Source: an uncultured delta proteobacterium (lineage in GTDB: Bacteria; Desulfobacterota; Binatia; UBA9968). From it: a stretch of 64,000 nt of DNA. Location of the stretch: positions 353,393 to 417,392 of the forward strand of contig CAWJZV010000034.1 of NCBI GenBank assembly GCA_963847445.1, written 5' to 3'. The position numbers and the translations under genes are program-made. Under the pieces are notes generated by a model, which saw nothing but the letters and a program-made list of their open reading frames with translations, was not told the DNA's origin and ran no database searches. Positions within the stretch are counted from its first letter, which is position 1. Each line of letters begins with the position of its first letter. Positions 23,057 through 32,315 of this stretch are shown in pieces.

Positions 23057-24757
23057 ATGGAAACACAAGTGACCCTGGCGGAGCGTCTGATCGAACGGCA
23101 AATGCTCTCCAGCGAAGAAATGGAGCGGGTGAGAAAGCTCCAGGAGGAGCAGCAAGCGCCGCTTAGCCGGCTGGTGGTTGAGCTCGGTTTTCTGTCCGAA
23201 GAAGATCTCCTGCCGGTGATGCGCGATCATTTCGAACTGCCGCTCATGTCGCTACGCGATGTCGCGAATACGCCGTTGCCCTTGGACCTACCGGCCAACA
23301 TCGGCGATTTTTTCAAGTTGGCGCGCATGGTGCCGGTGAAGATCGAGGGGCGCGACTTAGTCGTCGCCATCGCCGATCCCATGGAACTCTCGCGGCTGCA
23401 TGCGATTGAGTTGGCTACCGGTTTACGGGTCAAAGCGGTGCTCGCCAAGGAAAAAGAGATCGCCGCCCGTATCGAAGCGTTATACGGCGGCAGTTACACT
23501 GCCGATGGGACCACCGAGGAGTCCGCCCAAGGTTTTGACGGTATCGCGGAAGACGAAGATGTCGCCCATCTGCGCGACATGGCCTCGGAAGTACCGGTCA
23601 TCCGGCTGGTCAATCAGATGCTGGTCCGCGCCCTCGAAAGCCGGGCGTCGGATGTGCATATCGAGCCCTTCGAAAATCAACTCAAGGTGCGCTACCGCAT
23701 CGACGGCATTTTGCACGAAGTCGAGTCGCCGCCGCGCCAGTTGAAGGGCGCGGTGATTTCACGTTTAAAAATTCTCGCCCAGCTCAATATCGCCGAACGA
23801 CGCTTGCCGCAGGACGGCCGGATCAAAACCAGATTGGGCGGCAAGGATATCGATCTGCGTATCGCCACGGTGCCGACGCTCTACGGCGAAAGCGTGGTGA
23901 TCCGCTTGCTCGAGCGCGGGCAGATTTTTACCCAGTTGGAGACTATGGGATTCCCGCCGGTGCAACTGGCGCGTTTTAACGAGATGATCTTGAAGCCCCA
24001 TGGCATGATCTTGGTCACCGGGCCCACCGGCAGTGGTAAGACCACCACGCTTTACGGCGCGTTGCAGAAAATCAACGATCCGGGCAAAAAAATCATCACC
24101 ATCGAAGATCCTGTCGAGTATCAGTTGAGCGGTGTCAACCAGATCCACGTCAAGCCGCAAATCGGTTTGACCTTCGCCAACGGGCTACGCTCGATCGTGC
24201 GCCAGGACCCCGACGTGATCATGGTCGGCGAAATTCGCGATGCCGAGACCGCCGAGATCGCCGTGCAAGCGGCGCTTACCGGCCACTTGGTGTTTTCCAC
24301 GCTGCATACCAACGATGCCGCCGGCGCGATCTCGCGGCTTCTAGAGATGGGAGTGCAGGATTATCTGCTCTCGTCGTCGCTGCTGGGCGTTCTGGCGCAG
24401 CGTTTGGTGCGCCGCCTCTGCGCGGATTGCCGAAAAGAAGTACCGTTTACCGGACTGGAGGGCGTGGCGCCCGAAATGGCGCTGGCCAATGGCGAACCGT
24501 TACATACAATCTGGGAAGCGGCGGGCTGTGAAGCTTGCAGCGGCACGGGTTATTTGGGCCGTGTCGGCGTCTTCGAGCTGCTGCCGGTGACGGCGGATAT
24601 TTGTAAATTGATCAACCAAAAGGCCGACGCCAATGTCATCCGCAATCTCGCCGTTCAGCAGGGTATGCGCCTTCTCCGCGAAGACGCCTGGGATAAAGTT
24701 CGCCAGGGGATGACCACCTTGGCTGAGGTGGTGCGTGTGACCCGTGAAGAAGGTTAG
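23057..24757 (+). CDS. gspE: Type II secretion ATPase GspE
   Basis: ASDVHIEP, GPTGSGKTTT, LRSIVRQDPDVIMVGEIRD and a tetracysteine motif. Confidence 0.95.
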   Translation: METQVTLAERLIERQMLSSEEMERVRKLQEEQQAPLSRLVVELGFLSEEDLLPVMRDHFELPLMSLRDVANTPLPLDLPANIGDFFKLARMVPVKIEGRDLVVAIADPMELSRLHAIELATGLRVKAVLAKEKEIAARIEALYGGSYTADGTTEESAQGFDGIAEDEDVAHLRDMASEVPVIRLVNQMLVRALESRASDVHIEPFENQLKVRYRIDGILHEVESPPRQLKGAVISRLKILAQLNIAERRLPQDGRIKTRLGGKDIDLRIATVPTLYGESVVIRLLERGQIFTQLETMGFPPVQLARFNEMILKPHGMILVTGPTGSGKTTTLYGALQKINDPGKKIITIEDPVEYQLSGVNQIHVKPQIGLTFANGLRSIVRQDPDVIMVGEIRDAETAEIAVQAALTGHLVFSTLHTNDAAGAISRLLEMGVQDYLLSSSLLGVLAQRLVRRLCADCRKEVPFTGLEGVAPEMALANGEPLHTIWEAAGCEACSGTGYLGRVGVFELLPVTADICKLINQKADANVIRNLAVQQGMRLLREDAWDKVRQGMTTLAEVVRVTREEG

Positions 24758-24847
24758 TTCGCGGCAGTCCCATTGATCGGTAATGGCTGATTGCCGGTCA
24801 TGATATTTTTGTTCCTTACTCGTCTGATCATAACGTAAAAAATCGCC

Positions 24848-26068
24848 ATGGCGTTTTACCAATATCGGGCCGCCGACCAAGCTGGCAAAGTGGTTGAAGG
24901 CGTGATGGAAGCCGATGCCGAGCAGAGCGTGGTGTCGCGCCTGCGCGAGATGGGCTGTGTGCCGCTGCGCATCGCCATGCCGTCTGAACGCGCGGTCGGC
25001 GCGGTACGACAGCAGCGGCCGCTGTTCGAAAAACGCAAGGTCAGCCAGCAGCAGTTGCTGCAGTTCACCCGTGAGCTCGCCACCTTGCTCCACGCCGGGT
25101 TGCCGCTTGACCGCAGTTTATCGATCCTCGGCAATCTGTTCGAAGGCGGCGAATTTACCAAGGTCATGCGCTCCTTGGTCGAAGCGGTGCGCGCCGGCAA
25201 ATCCCTCGCGGTGTCGATGGGCGAACACCCGCAGATCTTTCCCCGCATTTACGTCAACATGATCCGCGCCGGCGAGGCCGGCGGCATCTTGGAAAGCGTC
25301 CTGCGCTATTTAACCGAATACTTGGAAAGCACCACCGCGCTTAAAGAAGAGATTAAATCGGCGTTAATCTACCCGATTATTTTAGCCACCGCGGCCGGCG
25401 CCTCGTTGATCGTCTTGTTTCTCTTCGTCATTCCAAAGTTCGCAGCGCTGTTCCATGACAACCGCAAAGCGATTCCCTGGATCACCAAAGTGGTCATCGA
25501 CTTTAGCCAGATGCTGTCCCAATACGGCTGGCTGGTATTGTTGGTGGTCGTTGCCGCGGTCGCCGGGGTGATTCTTTACGTGAAAAATCCCGAGGGTCGA
25601 AGCGAATGGGATCGTTTATGCTTGAAGGCTTGGCTGATTGGCGATTTGGTGCGAAAATTTGAAACCGCGCGTTTTTCCCGGACGTTATCCGCGTTGCTCC
25701 GCGGCGGCGTGCCGTTGCTCGAAGCCTTGGGCACGGTACAAGGCGTCGTCGGCAACCGGCTTTTGGCCCGGGCCATCGGCCAGGTGCAGGTGCGGGTGCG
25801 CGAGGGCAAGGGCATGGCGCGGCCGTTGAGCGAGAGCGGTTTATTCCCGATCTTGGCTCTGAACATGATCGCGGTCGGCGAGGAGTCGGGGAAACTGGAT
25901 GGCATGTTGACCGAGGTGGCGTCGTTCTACGATCAAGAGGTCCGACGATCGACGAAAAGATTAACTTCGTTGCTGGAACCGGTATTGATTTTGGGGATGG
26001 GACTGATCATCGCGGTGGTCGTCATCTCCATGTTGATGGCGATATTCAGCATCAATGAAATACAATGA
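24848..26068 (+). CDS. gspF: Type II secretion platform protein GspF
   Basis: FTRELATLLHAGLPL, AGEAGG and GEESGKLD. Confidence 0.94.
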   Translation: MAFYQYRAADQAGKVVEGVMEADAEQSVVSRLREMGCVPLRIAMPSERAVGAVRQQRPLFEKRKVSQQQLLQFTRELATLLHAGLPLDRSLSILGNLFEGGEFTKVMRSLVEAVRAGKSLAVSMGEHPQIFPRIYVNMIRAGEAGGILESVLRYLTEYLESTTALKEEIKSALIYPIILATAAGASLIVLFLFVIPKFAALFHDNRKAIPWITKVVIDFSQMLSQYGWLVLLVVVAAVAGVILYVKNPEGRSEWDRLCLKAWLIGDLVRKFETARFSRTLSALLRGGVPLLEALGTVQGVVGNRLLARAIGQVQVRVREGKGMARPLSESGLFPILALNMIAVGEESGKLDGMLTEVASFYDQEVRRSTKRLTSLLEPVLILGMGLIIAVVVISMLMAIFSINEIQ

Positions 26069-26502
26069 ACCGTCGTCTTAACCAAGCTATGAAGAACCAA
26101 GCCGGGTTTACCCTCGTCGAACTGATTGTCGTGGTCATCATTATCGGCCTATTGGCTGGGCTGGTGGTGCCGCAATTTATTAAACAGGAAGAAAAGGCCA
26201 CGGCCAAGGCGGCTAAGGCGCAGATCGAATTGTTCGGCACGGCGCTCGACACCTTTCGCCTCGACGTCGGGCGTTATCCAACCAGCCAGGAAGGTATGGC
26301 AGCCTTGATGCAGAAGCCCGGCGGGGTCGACCGCTGGGATGGTCCCTATCTCAGAAAAGATCTGCCGCCGGATCCTTGGGGCAAGCCCTATGTCTACAAG
26401 AGCCCGGGGGATCATGGCGTCTACGATATTATTTCCTATGGCGCCGACGGCGCCCCTGGGGGCGACGGCAATAACCGTGACATTACCAGCTGGGAAAGAT
26501 AA
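26065..26502 (+). CDS. gspG: Major pseudopilin GspG
   Basis: GFTLVELIVV, GRYPTSQEG, WDGPYL, DPWG and SYGADGAPGG. Confidence 0.96.
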   Translation: MNRRLNQAMKNQAGFTLVELIVVVIIIGLLAGLVVPQFIKQEEKATAKAAKAQIELFGTALDTFRLDVGRYPTSQEGMAALMQKPGGVDRWDGPYLRKDLPPDPWGKPYVYKSPGDHGVYDIISYGADGAPGGDGNNRDITSWER

Positions 26503-26944
26503 CCGGGGATTCTCGCTCCTTGAGCTCGTGCTGGTGCTGGTGGTCATGGGCATCTCCATGGCGATCGTCGTGCCCAATATCGGCCGGCGCATGCAGGAGC
26601 GTGAAGTGCGCAGTTCGGCGCTCGGCTTGGCCGCGGTGGCGCGGGAGCTGCGTAGCCGCGCGCTAGTCGACGGCATCGCCCAGCAGTTGATCGTCAGCAT
26701 GCCGCACAATACCTATCTGGTGCCAAAGGTCCGCGAGGTCCATCTACCCGAGGATGTGCGCATCGCGTCCATCGCAGGCGGCGAAGCGATGGAGCGCGAC
26801 ACCAAGCGATTTTATTTCTTTCCCAACGGCAGCAGCCTCGGCGGCGAGATCGTCATCGCCAGTAGTGCCAGTTCGATTTCCTATCTGATTCGTCTGGAAC
26901 CGCTCACCGGCAAGATCGAGGTCAGTCGTGGCGGTCAGTCGTGA
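26477..26944 (+). CDS. gspH: Minor pseudopilin GspH
   Basis: Prepilin motif RGFSLLELVLVL and FFPNGSSLGG; the probable GTG start overlaps the gspG end. Confidence 0.85.
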   Translation: MTLPAGKDNRGFSLLELVLVLVVMGISMAIVVPNIGRRMQEREVRSSALGLAAVARELRSRALVDGIAQQLIVSMPHNTYLVPKVREVHLPEDVRIASIAGGEAMERDTKRFYFFPNGSSLGGEIVIASSASSISYLIRLEPLTGKIEVSRGGQS

Positions 26945-27351
26945 GAACTTCCATGGGTCGCGGTAAAGACGGCTTTACATTGCTCGAAGTGCTCATCGCC
27001 ATGACCATCGTCGGTTTAGGCGTGGTGACTTTGCTGCAAATATTTTCCCTCGGCCTGCGTTTGGCGTCGCGCAGCAACGTGCAGACCGACGCCATCGCCC
27101 AAGGCGCGCGGGTCATGGACGAGTTGCTGGCCCGCCCCAATCTGCGCGACGGATCGGAGAACGGTACGGTGGCGCCGGCCACTCGCTGGCGCTCGCAGGT
27201 TCAAACTCAGCGCGATACCGCGCCGTCACTAAACTTGGGCAGCAACTGGGAGCTCAAAGAAGTCGCCGTCGAAATGACGGTGGCTGACGGTGAGAGAGAA
27301 CGCCGCGTGGAACTAAAGACGTTGCGGCTGGCGCGCAAGGGCAATCCATGA
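26941..27351 (+). CDS. gspI: Minor pseudopilin GspI
   Basis: GFTLLEVLIAMTI; position in operon. Confidence 0.82.
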   Translation: MRTSMGRGKDGFTLLEVLIAMTIVGLGVVTLLQIFSLGLRLASRSNVQTDAIAQGARVMDELLARPNLRDGSENGTVAPATRWRSQVQTQRDTAPSLNLGSNWELKEVAVEMTVADGERERRVELKTLRLARKGNP

Positions 27352-28013
27352 GTTCGAGACGGAACGCGACTCCTGACGATGGTAAGCCGCGACGCGGCTG
27401 CAATGGCGCCGCCGGCTTCACCTTGATCGAAGTAGTGTTGGCGATCACTATCTTTGCTCTCATGGGCGGGGTGCTTTATGGCGCTTTTTCCCTCGGCCAC
27501 ACGGCGGTGGAAAAATCCGCGGCGAGTTTTAATCGCAACCAAAAGACCCGTTCCATCGGCGACTTGCTGGCGACCTATATCCGATCCGCTTACCCCTACC
27601 GCAAGTCGATTCAAGAGCAAGCGATTTTTTTCGACGGCGGGCACGAAAGTGTGACTTTCGTATCGGCCTATTCCCACGCCATGGGCGGCCGCGGCATGGC
27701 CAAGATCGCTATAGTAAAGGACGAGGCTGACAACGGCCGCGCGCTGGTACGCCTGGCGGAGACTGCGCCGGTTCGGGTCGGCGACGATGCCGGTGACGGC
27801 GGGCAACGCCATAGCTTGGTGATTCTCGAAGGCATCCGCGATTTCCAGCTCGCTTATCTCGATGCCGAGGGGGAAAAGGAAAACTGGGAAGAGCGCTGGG
27901 ACGGCAATGAGCGGCGCCGCCTGCCGCGCGCTCTGCGCATGACCTTTATCGACGCCGAGGGCAAAGAGGTGCGCTGGGTATTCCCCTTCATGTTGGCGGT
28001 GCTGTCCCAATGA
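27348..28013 (+). CDS. gspJ: Minor pseudopilin GspJ
   Basis: GFTLIEVVLAITI and W..RWD...LPRALR. Confidence 0.85.
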   Translation: MSSRRNATPDDGKPRRGCNGAAGFTLIEVVLAITIFALMGGVLYGAFSLGHTAVEKSAASFNRNQKTRSIGDLLATYIRSAYPYRKSIQEQAIFFDGGHESVTFVSAYSHAMGGRGMAKIAIVKDEADNGRALVRLAETAPVRVGDDAGDGGQRHSLVILEGIRDFQLAYLDAEGEKENWEERWDGNERRRLPRALRMTFIDAEGKEVRWVFPFMLAVLSQ

Positions 28014-29026
28014 AGCCGGTCATCGCAATTAGCGCCAATCCATTGCTCGGCAACCAACGCGGCGTGGCGCTGATCGTGGTTTTGTGGATGTTTATTTTTC
28101 TCTTCGTCGTCGCTTTCGACTTTAGCGCCTCGGTGCGTGAAGAAGCGGAGGCGACCCATCGTTTCAGCGATGAGACCCAAGGTTATTACCTTGCCGTAGC
28201 AGGTTTTGAGCGCGGCTTGTACGATTTCATCCATCAGGCCAGCGGCGGCAATCGGCAGGCCGATCCTGCGAAGGTCGATTTGTTTGACGGCAGTTGGCGC
28301 GAGGAGAAGCTTGGCAGCGGCGGGTTTCGTGTGCGGCTGGTCGACGAGGGCGGTAAGATCAACCTCAATCGCGTCAACGAACAGGTTTTACGCCGGGTAT
28401 TCACCAATCTCGGGGCGGACGGCTCGGTGGTGGATATTCTTGTCGATTCGATTATGGACTGGCGCGATCCCGACGAGCTGCACCGCACCAACGGCGCCGA
28501 AAGCGATTATTATGGGTTACTGTCACCGGCCTATTCGGCGAAGAACGGTCCCCTCGATAGCGTCGAGGATCTCTTGTGGATTCGCGGTATGACGCCAGCG
28601 CTCTATTATGGCTCTGCGGACGACAGCGATGCACGGTCGGAGCGCTCGCCGCGGGTCGGTTTGCGCGAGGTCTTCACCATCGACAGTCCCATCGACCGGG
28701 TCAACCTGCGTACCGCGACGGCGCAGGTGATTCACGCCATGACCGGTATTCCGATGGAGAAATGCCGCAGCTTCGTCGAGGAACGCAAACGTTTGTCGGA
28801 AAAAACCTTGACCGATTTGCTGCCCCTCTTGGGTATTGGATCGGGTGACCCGGTGTTGCAGTCGTTTATTTTTACCAACCCATCGGTGGTCGCCGTCGAC
28901 GCCGAAGGCCGGCCAACCGATGCGCGCGCGGCGCGCCGGGTTAAAGGGGTGGTCCGGCTCGGCGGCGCCCAAGGCTTCGAGATGCTCCGTTGGCTCGATC
29001 GGGAAATTGGACTATCGCAACCTTGA
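28010..29026 (+). CDS. gspK: Minor pseudopilin GspK
   Basis: QRGVALIVVLW, DEGGKINLN, DWRDPD, GAESDYY and VNLRTA. Confidence 0.92.
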   Translation: MKPVIAISANPLLGNQRGVALIVVLWMFIFLFVVAFDFSASVREEAEATHRFSDETQGYYLAVAGFERGLYDFIHQASGGNRQADPAKVDLFDGSWREEKLGSGGFRVRLVDEGGKINLNRVNEQVLRRVFTNLGADGSVVDILVDSIMDWRDPDELHRTNGAESDYYGLLSPAYSAKNGPLDSVEDLLWIRGMTPALYYGSADDSDARSERSPRVGLREVFTIDSPIDRVNLRTATAQVIHAMTGIPMEKCRSFVEERKRLSEKTLTDLLPLLGIGSGDPVLQSFIFTNPSVVAVDAEGRPTDARAARRVKGVVRLGGAQGFEMLRWLDREIGLSQP

Positions 29027-29076
29027 GCTTTAATGTAAAATGGGTTCGTTAACATCATTTTGAACCGCGAATACAC

Positions 29077-30663
29077 ATGGCTATAGGGCAGCGCTTACAA
29101 GATCTTTCGCGCGCCGACTTTCTCAGAAGCGTCGGGCTTTACGTCATGCAGGACCGTCTGGTGATGGTGCGCCTGCGTAAGAGCTTGCTCAACGTAGCGC
29201 TGCTCGACCAGCAGGACCGAGAGTTGCCGCACAGCGACACGCGGCCGGCGATCGCCGATATCACCGGCTGGGTTGCCGAAGACGTTAAGGAGATCGCACT
29301 TAAGGCCGAGAACGATTCGCGCGAGCGCAGTCTGCGCCAGGCGATGGTTTCTCTATTGCCCCATTTTAATGCCGGGCGCGACGCGGTTTATCTGTGTATT
29401 CCGCAAGACCAGGTGATCATGCAGCAGATCTTCCTGCCGCTGGCGGCGCAGGATACCATCGAGCAAGTTTTGCAGTACGAGATCGAGCGGCAGATGCCCT
29501 TTCGCCGCGATGAAATCTATTACGACTATCTCGCCACCGGCAAAAAAGGCGAGAGGTTGAGCCTTTACGTCATTGCCGTGCAGAAAAAGATCGTTGACGG
29601 CCTGGTGAGTTTGCTGGAGTCCTTCGGCATCAAGCCCGCCGGCGTCGAGCCCGACGTCACGGCGCTGCTCAATTACGCGCTTTATGCCACTGGCCCCAAT
29701 AACTCCCGTACGGCGATTTTAGCGGCGAGCGAGCATAGCTGGGACCTGCTCGGGGTCGAGTCCAAGGCGACGAATTGGAGCGCTTCGCAGCAATTCTTGT
29801 TCGCACACCGCATGCCCCATTCAGAATGGGCCCAGGGTGCGGGCCGAGAGTTGCTGCTACAGAATCTCGCCGATGTCGACAAGTGCTACCGCTGGGGTAA
29901 TCTCGGCGACATGACCGGGCTGCCGGCGGAAAAATTCGCTGCCGCCGAGGAGCTGCAAGGCTTGGACGGGCACCGCTTCCGCGGCCTAAAATCGCCCCTC
30001 CCTGAGGCGGCACTGCCCGCTGTTGGCGCCGCGCTGCGCGGGATTCGTGAAGCCGCGGTGATCGGCAATTTTCTGCGTCATGAAAACCCCGAACCGGCGG
30101 GTGGTAATTCGCTGTCCATGCTCAATGCCGTCCTTGGTGGGCTGTTAGCGCTCGCGCTGGTCGCCTGGGGGCTCAGTTATCCGATCAAGGATGAGATGCG
30201 CCTGCGTCAGTTGCAGCGCGAGAACCAGAAGTTCGAGGCGGCCATCGAAGCCCTGCGCCGCGAAGAGAATCAGTTACAGCAACTGAGCAAAGAGGTCGGC
30301 ACTTTGGCCGAACTGCAGGGTCGGCGCGGCGAGGTACTCAAAATCCTCGACGAACTGTCGAAGGTAGTGCCCAACAACGCTCATCTTTCCAATCTGCGTT
30401 ACCGGGCGGGTGTCTTAGAGGTTCAGGGCAACGCGGAAAATGCCTCCGCGTTGATTCCGTTGTTGGAGCGCTCACCGGTGTTCGAGAATGTCGCGTTCAA
30501 TGCGCCGTCGAACCGTGGCCGGGACAACCGCGAAACTTTTTCGTTGAAGGCCGAAGTGGAAAAGCTTAAAGCGGCCGCCAGCGAGCCGCCAGCGCAGGCT
30601 CCCAAAGAAGCTCTTAAAGAGGTTCCGAAAGTAGCACCCAAAGATAGTAAAGCGAAATCATGA
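29077..30663 (+). CDS. gspL: GspL/PilMN-like protein
   Basis: Cytoplasmic domain (LPLAA...YEIERQMPF), one TM helix, and a PilN-like periplasmic domain (LDELSKVVP...GNA...LERSPVFENV). Confidence 0.8.
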   Translation: MAIGQRLQDLSRADFLRSVGLYVMQDRLVMVRLRKSLLNVALLDQQDRELPHSDTRPAIADITGWVAEDVKEIALKAENDSRERSLRQAMVSLLPHFNAGRDAVYLCIPQDQVIMQQIFLPLAAQDTIEQVLQYEIERQMPFRRDEIYYDYLATGKKGERLSLYVIAVQKKIVDGLVSLLESFGIKPAGVEPDVTALLNYALYATGPNNSRTAILAASEHSWDLLGVESKATNWSASQQFLFAHRMPHSEWAQGAGRELLLQNLADVDKCYRWGNLGDMTGLPAEKFAAAEELQGLDGHRFRGLKSPLPEAALPAVGAALRGIREAAVIGNFLRHENPEPAGGNSLSMLNAVLGGLLALALVAWGLSYPIKDEMRLRQLQRENQKFEAAIEALRREENQLQQLSKEVGTLAELQGRRGEVLKILDELSKVVPNNAHLSNLRYRAGVLEVQGNAENASALIPLLERSPVFENVAFNAPSNRGRDNRETFSLKAEVEKLKAAASEPPAQAPKEALKEVPKVAPKDSKAKS

Positions 30664-31328
30664 AGCAGTTTTGGCAAAGGCTGTCGCAGCGCGAACGGGG
30701 GCTGGTTTTTTTGACCGGTGCGATCGTGTTGTTCTTTGTCGGCAAGGTGGCGATTGCCACGCCGCTGCTTGAGCGCCGGGCCACGACTAAGGGCCAACTC
30801 GAAAGCCAGCCGCAATTACTGCAAAAAAACCTGCGTTACTTGAGCCAGAAAGATTCGCTACTGGCGGCACTGGCTGCGGCACGCAATCAGATCAAAAGCA
30901 TCGAACCGGCGCTGTTGACGGGGGATACCCCCTCGGTTACCGCATCAGATCTCCAGGAGACGGTGCAGTCGCTGGCGACCCGCGAGGGCACTCAAGTCAT
31001 CACCACCCGCGTACTTAATCCCGAGCCGAGCGGCTCATTTTCCAAAATCGCCATCCAAATGGAGATCGGTGGCCAGGTTCAACAACTGGCCAGCTTGATA
31101 CGCGGTATCGAAAGCGCGCCAAAACTCTTGGTCATCGACGAGATCAACGTCCGTTCTCTCTTCCGCCCGGTCGGCTTCCCCCAAGTACCTGGGGCACAAC
31201 CGGCGGCCCAACAAAATCTTAGAGTCAGCCTCACGGTTGTCGGCTTTGCCCGGGCTCAGCCGGCGCCCGCGGCGAAGCCGGGAGCGCCGTCGAGCCCAGC
31301 GAAAGCAGCGCCGGATAAACCTGTCTAG
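30660..31328 (+). CDS. gspM: GspM-like protein
   Basis: WQRLSQRERGLV followed by a TM helix; IESAPKLLVIDEINV. Confidence 0.8.
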   Translation: MKQFWQRLSQRERGLVFLTGAIVLFFVGKVAIATPLLERRATTKGQLESQPQLLQKNLRYLSQKDSLLAALAAARNQIKSIEPALLTGDTPSVTASDLQETVQSLATREGTQVITTRVLNPEPSGSFSKIAIQMEIGGQVQQLASLIRGIESAPKLLVIDEINVRSLFRPVGFPQVPGAQPAAQQNLRVSLTVVGFARAQPAPAAKPGAPSSPAKAAPDKPV

Positions 31329-31591
31329 GTTGCGCTCGATCGGCAACGAATTTTGTCGCAAGACTCACTATCGTTGGTCGACTGCGTCAGGACTAGATCG
31401 CGGTCATTAGACGCTAAGCATACGGTTAGCGTGAAAATTTGGCTAATTCCTGGCTTGATCGGTACTAATTTGGAATTTGAAGTATTAATTCTGAGAACTA
31501 CATTGTACACTTTAGGCTATTTTCGATCTTGGCGGGCAACTTGGTTGATTTGCCTAACTGATATTCCTAGGGATTCTGGAGGAAGAGCGAC

Positions 31592-32296
31592 ATTCTTACT
31601 CGATCCGCACTCTTAAGCATTCTTATTACGGTGGCCATCGGTTTGGTTGGATGGACGACTTATCGCTCTTGGCGTGCTGGGCCTTGGGATATTCCCGGAC
31701 CTATGGCGCAAAGGCCGGCGGTGGTTAGCACGGAACAGCAGATTTTGCTGACGCCGCGGCCGCCGATCGGTACCGAAGCGATCGTCACCAAGAACCTTTT
31801 CGATCCTGAAAGGGGAGCTGGTGCGTCGCGCGATGCGGAGGAAAATTCCCGAGCCGTGCAGCGTGTGCGCGGTATGATTCTAGTGGGCACGGTGATCATC
31901 GGTAACAACCGCGTGGCGATTTTACAGGATAGCGCGAGCCCGGCGCCTGGCCAGCCGATTGCCGGACAGCGTCCACCCGGCCAGCCGATTCCGGGCCAGC
32001 GTCCGCCGGGCCAAGCCATGTCCACATTGCGTTTAAAAGTCGGCGATAATGTCGAAGGATTTAGGCTCACGGAGATCGCCGACCAACGGGTGGTTTTTGC
32101 CCGCGACGCGACTCGGGTGGAAGTGTTGCTGGATTACTTTCGTAAGGTTGATAACGTTGCGCCTCGACCCGCTGCTGCGCCGGGGCAGATTCAGGCGCCG
32201 CCAACCGGCAACCCCGTGCCGGTGCCACGGGTATTGCCAAACCTGCCAAGACGGGGGCGGATACCGGTTCCCGGCAGTGGCAGCCCCGAGTCGTGA
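31592..32296 (+). CDS. GspC-like accessory protein
   Basis: N-terminal TM anchor, NLFDPER and an HR-domain pattern (LVGTVIIG...AIL...LKVGDNVEGFRLTEI...V); directly upstream of the secretin. Start uncertain (ATT 31592 or GTG 31631). Confidence 0.7.
   Translation: MLTRSALLSILITVAIGLVGWTTYRSWRAGPWDIPGPMAQRPAVVSTEQQILLTPRPPIGTEAIVTKNLFDPERGAGASRDAEENSRAVQRVRGMILVGTVIIGNNRVAILQDSASPAPGQPIAGQRPPGQPIPGQRPPGQAMSTLRLKVGDNVEGFRLTEIADQRVVFARDATRVEVLLDYFRKVDNVAPRPAAAPGQIQAPPTGNPVPVPRVLPNLPRRGRIPVPGSGSPES
31946..32014 (+). repeat. 30-nt coding tandem repeat (PGQPIxGQRP)x2.3
   Basis: CCTGGCCAGCCGATTGCCGGACAGCGTCCA / CCCGGCCAGCCGATTCCGGGCCAGCGTCCG / CCGGGCCAA. Confidence 0.85.
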
Positions 32297-32315
32297 GTGG
32301 AGAAGGAGCGACCCC

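Noticed and set aside
31440-31455. GG-N10-GC sigma54-like box upstream of gspC
   Set aside because: TGGCTA...TGGCT deviates from TGGCAC...TTGC; too weak to call.
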